From assembly GCA_041641295.1 (NCBI GenBank), contig JBEPYO010000001.1, positions 485,262-517,261 on the forward strand: 32,000 nucleotides of DNA, read 5' to 3'. The notes beneath the pieces were generated by a model. The model ran no database searches, was not told the DNA's origin, and worked only from the letters and a program-made list of their open reading frames with translations. Positions 7,948-14,633 of this stretch are shown here, piece after piece. The translations under genes were made by a program, and so were the position numbers. The DNA comes from Nitrososphaerota archaeon. GTDB lineage: Archaea > Thermoproteota > Nitrososphaeria_A > Caldarchaeales > Calditenuaceae. Every line of letters starts with the position of its first letter. Positions within the stretch are counted from its first letter, which is position 1.

Positions 7948-8250
7948 TCAGCCGCCAGACCCCCTCCCCATCTCCCTGAGCCTGGCCTCTATCTCCGCGA
8001 TCCTCTTCTTCAGCTCCTCTATCTCGGCCTTGTTATGTATGTTGGCCGCCAGGTTCATCGAGTCTAGGATGGTTATCTCACCCAAGCCGCCCATCGCAGC
8101 GTGCTCCTGGCCCCAGACCTCCCTGATCAGCGTGTCCAAGGCCCTCCTATGCCTCTCCTCCCTTAGAAGCGGTCTATAGGTCCGCCTAAGCCGCTCCACA
8201 ACCTGCCTGTAGAGCTGTCTGAAGGGAGGGGTAATCCTACCCAAGCCCAC
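7948..8250 (-). CDS. 100-aa Arg-rich protein with C-terminal coiled coil, unknown function
   Basis: The ORF overlaps the upstream gene by 14 nt and ends 32 nt before the polB GTG. The C-terminus KAEIEELKKRIAEIEARLREM shows a heptad-like pattern. I recognise no family. Confidence 0.5.
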   Translation of the reverse strand: MGLGRITPPFRQLYRQVVERLRRTYRPLLREERHRRALDTLIREVWGQEHAAMGGLGEITILDSMNLAANIHNKAEIEELKKRIAEIEARLREMGRGSGG

Positions 8251-8947
8251 CAGCCAGGGGGAGGATCCGAGGGAGACCAGCCGCGGAGCAGGCAGCGAAG
8301 CGTGCTTGACGAGCCTGGCGACTAGGCCCGAGCCCCTCAGGGCGAAAAAACACTATCACTGCAGCCCTATGAATGATCTGGGCCGGGAGCTTGGGCGTGG
8401 CGCGGGCCGGGTCTGGTGAGTCTTCTATGGAGGGGGCTGTGACCACCAGCGGTGCAGAGGCCCTAGAGGCGGCCTCCATGAGGATTGAGACCGACTTGAC
8501 GAGGGCGGATGAGGCCTCGCCGCCCTCCCTATCCAGGAAGGCTGGGGCGTTGTGCATGGCTATGAGCGCCACCCTCCCCCTCTTTCCGATATCCTCTGAG
8601 AGCTCCTCAGCCGCGCAGACCTGCCGCCTAGCGTTGAAGGCCGCGGCGCAGCGTATTGCTGACAGGACCTTGAGGGGCTCTACACCCGCCATCTTCGAGA
8701 CTGTCGAGAGGGATGTGGCGTCGATGAGTGTCTTCTCGCCATAGTAGTCAGTGTTGTTCAGATACGCCACCCACCCGTGCCTCGAGGCCTCAACCATCAG
8801 CCTGTAGAGCACGAGGTCGGTGACCACCCGGTCCCCGTAGAAGATGTGCAGGGCTCCGGGCCTAAGCCCACCTATCAGAGCGTCAAGCCGCTCCAAGCCG
8901 GTTGGTACTGGGCGGCGGAGAAGCATCAGCTCGGAGGCCCGTTTCAT
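8237..8947 (-). CDS. RadA/RecA-fold paralog with degenerate Walker A and B motifs
   Basis: VPTGLERLDALIGGLRPGALHIFYGDRVVTDL aligns to RadA ITTGCSSLDNLLMGGVETQAVTELVGEYGCGKTQ, but GxxGxGKT is replaced by GDRVVTD. The Walker B position reads VALIAMHN with no Asp. GGAGG lies upstream of the ATG at 8947. Confidence 0.6.
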   Translation of the reverse strand: MKRASELMLLRRPVPTGLERLDALIGGLRPGALHIFYGDRVVTDLVLYRLMVEASRHGWVAYLNNTDYYGEKTLIDATSLSTVSKMAGVEPLKVLSAIRCAAAFNARRQVCAAEELSEDIGKRGRVALIAMHNAPAFLDREGGEASSALVKSVSILMEAASRASAPLVVTAPSIEDSPDPARATPKLPAQIIHRAAVIVFFRPEGLGPSRQARQARFAACSAAGLPRILPLAGGLG

Positions 8948-8997
8948 CAAGACTCATCAACGCCTCCGGGGGGAGACCACCCTCCCGGCCCACGCAG

Positions 8998-10017
8998 CTA
9001 CCGCTTTGACTCCGCGTCCTCTATGCCCTTCTCCGAGATCCTAAAGCGCGCCTCCAGGTCAGACGGGTGGTAGGGGCTGTCCATTATCCTGGCTATCCTC
9101 GTATCATCTGGCCCCCTCCTCAGGAATACTCTATACGTCGTGCTGTGGGCTAGGACGTGGCCGCCGCTGGGCTTTGTGGGGTTCCCATAGAAGGCTCCGG
9201 GGTCTCCGACGACCTGGTTAGTAACTACTACTGCAACATTCCTAATCTCCGCCAGCCTGAGCAGGCGGTGGAGCGTCGCGTTAAGCTTCTGCTGCCTCTC
9301 CGACAGATTCTCCCTACCCACATAGTCTGCCCTGAAGTGTGAGATGATCGAGTCTACGACAACGAGCCTAGCCTTGTACTTCTCCAAGTGCCTCCCAAGC
9401 TCCCTCACGACGAGCTGGAGGTGGCTCGAGTTATACACCTCCGACACCACAACACCTTCTAAGACCTTGTCAGGATTCAGGCCGCGGGCCTTGGCTATCT
9501 CGTAAATCCTCTCAGGCCTAAACGTCGACTCGGTGTCGATGTATATCGCTCCTGCGGAGAGGCCGCCCTTCTCCCGCGGCAGCTGGACAGTGACGCAGAG
9601 GGTGTGGCATATCTGGGTCTTCCCACACCCATACTCGCCTACCAGCTCAGTCACCGCCTGAGTCTCCACACCACCCATCAGCAGGTTGTCAAGAGACGAG
9701 CAGCCGGTAGTTATCCGCTCCAGGCTCTTCCTACGCTCCAAGACCTCCTTCCCAGTCATCAGCTCGGAGTCCAAGAATCCGCTGCTGACCAGTAGGACCC
9801 TGGCCTGGAGGCAGAGCTCCTCGGCCTTCTTCGCATCAATCCCAGCCTCAACAAGCTCGCGGGGAGAGGCCGCGGCTAGGTCTAGCAGGCTATATATCCC
9901 AATGGAGGTTAGCTTCTCTTTAGTAGCCTCACCCACGCCCCTCAGGTCTGCTAGGCTGTAGATGTCCACCTCCTCGCCGTCCTCGCGGGCCTCACCCCTC
10001 TTGGCTGCGGGGCTCAT
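8998..10017 (-). CDS. radA: DNA repair and recombination protein RadA
   Basis: It has an N-terminal HhH (LADLRGVGEATKEKLTSIGIYSLLDLA), Walker A GEYGCGKTQ and Walker B ARLVVVDS, with a RadA-typical C-terminus. A TATA-like CTTAATCTATAT lies about 30 nt upstream. Confidence 0.95.
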   Translation of the reverse strand: MSPAAKRGEAREDGEEVDIYSLADLRGVGEATKEKLTSIGIYSLLDLAAASPRELVEAGIDAKKAEELCLQARVLLVSSGFLDSELMTGKEVLERRKSLERITTGCSSLDNLLMGGVETQAVTELVGEYGCGKTQICHTLCVTVQLPREKGGLSAGAIYIDTESTFRPERIYEIAKARGLNPDKVLEGVVVSEVYNSSHLQLVVRELGRHLEKYKARLVVVDSIISHFRADYVGRENLSERQQKLNATLHRLLRLAEIRNVAVVVTNQVVGDPGAFYGNPTKPSGGHVLAHSTTYRVFLRRGPDDTRIARIMDSPYHPSDLEARFRISEKGIEDAESKR

Positions 10018-10099
10018 GGCCAGAATCGGGGACCCGGCATAGATATAGATTAAGACCCCTCGGCGAAAGTAACGAATGAAAAGTAAAGGGACGGCGGGG

Positions 10100-10534
10100 C
10101 TACTCTATCACGACCCGCTCGATCTTGAAGTGCCTCTTGGCCATTCTCCGCACTATCCCCACGTTCCGGCCGCCCTTTCCAATCACCATCGCCTTGTCCT
10201 CGGGGTCGACCTTGATGATGGCTGTGAGCTGCCCATCCTTGCCAGGAACTATCTTGACCTCCCGCGCCTTAGCTGGCTTCACCGCGTTGGATAGGAAGGA
10301 GGCTGCATCCCCACAGTATTCCACGACCTTCAGCCGCTTCTTCAATAGGTTTGACAGCTCCTGTATCTTCACTCCCTTCTTACCGATGGCTCGGCCGAAC
10401 TCGCCCTCCCTGACCAGGAAGACGATCTGCTCGTCGTCGGCTAGGCAGTCAATCACGGTTGCCCCAGTATAGCTCTGGAAAAGGGAGACAAGCCTCATCT
10501 CACGTTCTGTTAGCTTGATCTCCTCGTCTGTCAA
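10100..10534 (-). CDS. nusA: archaeal NusA-like protein (two KH domains)
   Basis: Two GxxG KH loops are present (IGKKGVKIQ, IGKGGRNVG). It occupies the conserved position after rpl30e. The TTG start overlaps the rpl30e stop (GTTGA). Confidence 0.85.
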   Translation of the reverse strand: MTDEEIKLTEREMRLVSLFQSYTGATVIDCLADDEQIVFLVREGEFGRAIGKKGVKIQELSNLLKKRLKVVEYCGDAASFLSNAVKPAKAREVKIVPGKDGQLTAIIKVDPEDKAMVIGKGGRNVGIVRRMAKRHFKIERVVIE

Positions 10535-10827
10535 CTGGCCTCGCCCAGTAGTGAAGAGTTTCCAAGATCGATTATCGCAACGGCTGATGCTCCGAACGGC
10601 TTACCGAGCGCTTGGCCTATCTCTCTCGCGGTCAGGTCAGAGTAGATTATAGGGATCGCCGAGATCTTAGCTGCGAGTTCCATCTTCTGCCTCACGCTCT
10701 CCGGGCAGTTACTGGCTAGGACTATAGCCTTAGCCGACTTCCTCACCACGCTCAGATAGCTCTGCCTAAACCCGAGCAGGTATTTCCCAGTGAGCCTGAT
10801 AACTCCGAGCTCCTTCCTCACGTCCAT
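10531..10827 (-). CDS. rpl30e: 50S ribosomal protein L30e
   Basis: KSAKAIVLASNCPESVRQKMELAAKISAIPIIYSDLTAREIGQALGKPF is an L30e/L7Ae-fold signature. The ATG overlaps the rpoA stop (TAATG). Confidence 0.9.
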   Translation of the reverse strand: MDVRKELGVIRLTGKYLLGFRQSYLSVVRKSAKAIVLASNCPESVRQKMELAAKISAIPIIYSDLTAREIGQALGKPFGASAVAIIDLGNSSLLGEAS

Positions 10828-13800
10828 TACTTCCCACCCGCATCGGAGCCCGACCCGCTATTCTGGTTCGGCAGGAGGTCGCTATACCTCATCAGGAGGC
10901 TCACCCTGCCAGTACCGACAGGAACCTCCCTGCCTATTAAGATTCTCTCAATGTTCCCCTGCAGATGATCAACCTCGCCAGATGCAGCCGCCTCAACCAG
11001 CGTCTGGAAGCTAATCTCGAAGGCCGCCCTCGCAAGGACGCTCGACTTCAGCCTCACAACACCGTGCCTCCCAACCTGTCTAACCCTCCCATCTAATGTC
11101 ATGGCGTCTGCCAATAGTAGCAGGTGTCTGACGTCGACGTCGAGGCCCTGCTCCCTCAAGAGCTGTTGAGCCTCCTCGACTATTAGCTGCCTCGCCGCCT
11201 CAATGCCGAGGACTGAGGCCACCTCGTGAATGTCGTTCGTCCTAACCCTTCTGAAATCAACCTCAGGTATGGACATGACCTCCTTGAGGTTTGAGCCCTC
11301 TGTCTGTATGAGGTATTCACCACCCTTCTTCCGGACGACAGCCTTTGTTATCTTCTTCACACCTCTCAGCCTCGTGTTAAGTATCCTAGTTTTCAGAAGT
11401 TCTAGAGAGTCTTGTTCAACCTCCTTAACTGTCAGGGAGACAGCCCGTTTAGACTCGATGAACTTGGGCTTGTAGGGCTTCAAGGCCTGGCTTAACTCCT
11501 CCCGCGTCACGTTTAGTTCCTTCAAGGCCTCTTCATCGAGCATGAGTATTATGTTGCCGGTCCTCGCCTCTATCCTAATCTCGTCTACAACATCGCCGAC
11601 GCTTATGTATTGGAGCCTGCTGGCAATCTTCCTAGCTAGCTTCGGATCCTGGTTGTAGGGTGGTTTAAGATATATGTACATCATGGGCGTGGAGGGTGCC
11701 CTTCTTGCATCGATTATCTCGATAAGCCTAGGTAGTCCTACGAGGATGCTCTGCTCCCTAACACCAGCGAAGTGGAATGTCCTGAGCGTGAGCTGTGTCC
11801 CAGGCTCGCCAAGGGACTGGGCTGCGATGATTCCGACAGGGTCTCCAGCCTCAACCATGCTTTGGAGATAGACCCGGTACGCCGTTGCGAAGACCCTCTC
11901 TATAGCGTCCTTCGGGACCTTAAGTTTGAGACAGGCGTCCGATAACTCCTGGATAGCCAGGGGTGGCATCAACCCCTCATACTTCTTGGCTACAGCCTCG
12001 ACATCCTCTTTTGCGGCTGGGCTGCCTTCGCCCTGCTGCTCCATTAGGACTTGCGATATGATGTTGGCGGGGATAAACGGCTTTCCGTGGTCGCTCTTAC
12101 CAGGGTCGACGCCGTCCTCGCCGTATAGGAATTGAACGATTTTCTTGGTGTCTGACATTCTGACTGAGCCGTCAAACTCTACGTAGAGTGATTCGAGGGC
12201 GTTTATGAGCCTACGCTGCATGTAGCCGCTCTGCTGCGTCCGGACCGCAGTGTCGACCAGCCCATCCCTTCCGCCCATCAGGTGGAAGAAGAACTCTATC
12301 GGGTCGAGGCCCTTGATGAATGGGTTGTATACGAAGCCTCTGGCGCGTGGAGATAGGTCGCCCCTCTCGAAGAACGTTAAGACTCTGTCCGTAAATCCTC
12401 TGCTAGGCCTCTCCCTCCTAACCGCCTGCTGACCAACTATGGCAATCATCTGGTCAATGTTCAGGGTGCTCCCCCTCGCTCCGGTCCTAGCCATGATGAC
12501 GAGTGGGTTGTCTATGGAGACATACTTCCTCACGAAGCTGCCAATCTCGTCCCTAGTCCTGGAGAGGAGTTCAAGTATTTCGGACTCAAACGCTTTCTCG
12601 GGAGTCTCACCGGGCTTAACTTCCAGTCTCCCCTTCTCATAGTCGGACTTTAGCTGCTGGAACTCCTTCTCCATCTTGTGGAGGTAGGATTGGACCTGCT
12701 TGTACACTTCCTCGGGTACCGTTAGATTCTCTATGCCGAATGTGAAGCCTCGGAGGTTTATGTACGTGTTGGCGAGCCTAATGACTCCGTTGAGGAATCT
12801 TGCAGCCTCCTCGTAGCCGTATTCCCTGAATATTCTGTGCAGAACGCTGTTAGCCTTCTCTACACCCACTATAGCCTTATCAATGAATCCTTGGACTAGC
12901 TTCCCCTTCTCTATTACGACCTGAGTATCTGAGCTGAAGTTGGACTGGACCCTGTGAGACAGGGTGGGTGGCAGGAGTAGGCTGAACACCTGCTTGCCGC
13001 TCCAAAGAGGCTGAGGATCTGTCTTCTCAGGTGGAGGCAGCTCGCCCTTGTACCCTATCGCGGAGAGGAGGTAACCAAGCGTCTGCTTATCCACATATGT
13101 GCCGTCTTTTGTCAACAGGTAGAGCGAGGTCAAGAAGTCTCTTATTGCACCTATAATCGGTGCGCCATATCTGGCGGAGATTATGTTTCGCTGGACCTGT
13201 AGTAGGAGCCTTGCCTCGGCCTGAGCCTCCTCACTCTGCGGGACGTGGAGGTTCATCTCGTCGCCGTCGAAGTCGGCGTTATAGGGTGTGCAGACTGCTA
13301 GGTTGAGTCTGAAGGTCTTATAGGGTAGGACTTTGACGCGGTGAGCCATGATGGAGACTCGGTGTAGGCTTGGCTGCCTGTTGAATAGTACAATGTCCCC
13401 GTCCCTTAGATGCCTCTCGACGATCCAGCCCTCCTCGAGGCTCTCAGCAACCTCGTCCAAGTTCTGAACATTCTTCAGACGAATCATCTTCCGGTCAGGC
13501 TTGATCACGTATTTTGCTCCCGGGTACTTGTCAGGCCCGTTCCTCACCATCTCCTTCAGCTTCTCCTTATTCCAGGGAGTGACGATCTCCGGTACGGTGA
13601 GCTGCATAGCTATCTCGAGTGGGACGCCCACCTCGTCGAAGTCTATGAGGGGATCGGGTGAGATGACTGTGCGCGCGGAGAAGTCGACACGTTTCCCGGA
13701 GAGGTTAAGCCTGAAGCGGCCCTCCTTACCCTTAAGCCTCTGGGCGAGCGTCTTCAATATCCTGCCCGACCTGTGCTGGGCCGGTGAGATACCTATCGTC

Positions 13801-14633
13801 TCGTTGTTGATGTAGGTTGTTACGTGGTATTGTAGTAGGTCTGAGAGCTCTGCTATGACTGGCGAGGGTGCGGCCGCTGCTATGCTCTCCTTCAGCCTCT
13901 GATTTACCCTCAGTATGTCGACCAGCTTGTGGGTTAGGTCGTCCTCAGAGCGGTAGTTGCTCTCAAGGGTTATTGAGGGCCTTACATAGACAGGGGGGAC
14001 GGGGAGTACTGTTAGAACCATCCACTCCGGCCTTGAAGACTGTGGGTCGATGTCGAGGAGCTCCAGGTCTGAGTCCGGTATTCTCTCGAGCCGCTGTCTC
14101 ACTGAGCCTGCTGTAAGCCTGACAGCCCCCTGTGGGGTGGATTCTACGAAGGTTGAGGGCTTCTCCAGCTCTATCTTAAACTGCTTCTCGCCGCAGTGTG
14201 GGCAGGTTTGGGTGGCCATTGCCTTTTGCTTAACCTTGTAGAAGAGGTGTCTGTACATTCTCCCCTCCTGCTTCAGCTGCCGCAGCCTCGCCCTGGTCTC
14301 CTCGATCTCGTTCTGGCTTAGCAGCAGCCTTCCACAAGACCTGCACGTACACCTAAGCAGTTCATGAATAATCTTGACGAATCCTATGTGTATGACGGGG
14401 ACTGCAAGCTCTATATGCCCAAAGTGTCCCGGACACGAGATGTATGTGTTTCCGCAGGTCTTGCACCTCTGCCCCGGCTCAAGAGTGCCTAGCATCGGGT
14501 CCATGACACCTGTCGGTATCGGCATCCCGTCCTCGTCGTAGGTGTCTGGACTCTGAACCTCGACGACACTCATACTCCTGATTAGGTTTGGCGGAAGTAT
14601 ACCGAACTTAATTGCTGAGATTATCCCCCTCAA
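10827..14633 (-). CDS. rpoA: DNA-directed RNA polymerase largest subunit, A' and A'' portions in one continuous frame
   Basis: A' motifs are IKFGILPPNLIRSMSV, the zinc site CKTCGNTYISCPGHFGHIEL and the catalytic YNADFDGDEMNLHVPQS. A'' motifs are AAQSLGEPGTQLTLRTFHFAGV and GIEAARQLI. There is no stop between them. The likely TTG start at 14633 lies 8 nt after GGAGGTG and overlaps the rpoB stop. The ORF-track extension to 14807 lies inside rpoB. Confidence 0.9.
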   Translation of the reverse strand: MRGIISAIKFGILPPNLIRSMSVVEVQSPDTYDEDGMPIPTGVMDPMLGTLEPGQRCKTCGNTYISCPGHFGHIELAVPVIHIGFVKIIHELLRCTCRSCGRLLLSQNEIEETRARLRQLKQEGRMYRHLFYKVKQKAMATQTCPHCGEKQFKIELEKPSTFVESTPQGAVRLTAGSVRQRLERIPDSDLELLDIDPQSSRPEWMVLTVLPVPPVYVRPSITLESNYRSEDDLTHKLVDILRVNQRLKESIAAAAPSPVIAELSDLLQYHVTTYINNETIGISPAQHRSGRILKTLAQRLKGKEGRFRLNLSGKRVDFSARTVISPDPLIDFDEVGVPLEIAMQLTVPEIVTPWNKEKLKEMVRNGPDKYPGAKYVIKPDRKMIRLKNVQNLDEVAESLEEGWIVERHLRDGDIVLFNRQPSLHRVSIMAHRVKVLPYKTFRLNLAVCTPYNADFDGDEMNLHVPQSEEAQAEARLLLQVQRNIISARYGAPIIGAIRDFLTSLYLLTKDGTYVDKQTLGYLLSAIGYKGELPPPEKTDPQPLWSGKQVFSLLLPPTLSHRVQSNFSSDTQVVIEKGKLVQGFIDKAIVGVEKANSVLHRIFREYGYEEAARFLNGVIRLANTYINLRGFTFGIENLTVPEEVYKQVQSYLHKMEKEFQQLKSDYEKGRLEVKPGETPEKAFESEILELLSRTRDEIGSFVRKYVSIDNPLVIMARTGARGSTLNIDQMIAIVGQQAVRRERPSRGFTDRVLTFFERGDLSPRARGFVYNPFIKGLDPIEFFFHLMGGRDGLVDTAVRTQQSGYMQRRLINALESLYVEFDGSVRMSDTKKIVQFLYGEDGVDPGKSDHGKPFIPANIISQVLMEQQGEGSPAAKEDVEAVAKKYEGLMPPLAIQELSDACLKLKVPKDAIERVFATAYRVYLQSMVEAGDPVGIIAAQSLGEPGTQLTLRTFHFAGVREQSILVGLPRLIEIIDARRAPSTPMMYIYLKPPYNQDPKLARKIASRLQYISVGDVVDEIRIEARTGNIILMLDEEALKELNVTREELSQALKPYKPKFIESKRAVSLTVKEVEQDSLELLKTRILNTRLRGVKKITKAVVRKKGGEYLIQTEGSNLKEVMSIPEVDFRRVRTNDIHEVASVLGIEAARQLIVEEAQQLLREQGLDVDVRHLLLLADAMTLDGRVRQVGRHGVVRLKSSVLARAAFEISFQTLVEAAASGEVDHLQGNIERILIGREVPVGTGRVSLLMRYSDLLPNQNSGSGSDAGGK

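Noticed and set aside
5885-7979. Plus-strand ORFs (96, 111, 103 and 145 aa) and a minus-strand out-of-frame 73-aa ORF within polB.
   Set aside because: All lie inside a motif-supported polymerase gene. Their compositions are Ser/Pro/Arg/Leu-biased, as expected for antisense or off-frame reading of GC-rich coding DNA.
8373-9073. Plus-strand ORFs (123, 98 and 66 aa) opposite the RadA paralog and the radA 3' end.
   Set aside because: They are shadow ORFs with Ala/Ser/Pro/Arg-rich products. The minus-strand frame carries the RadA-like TG..LD..GG entry motif and proper operon spacing.
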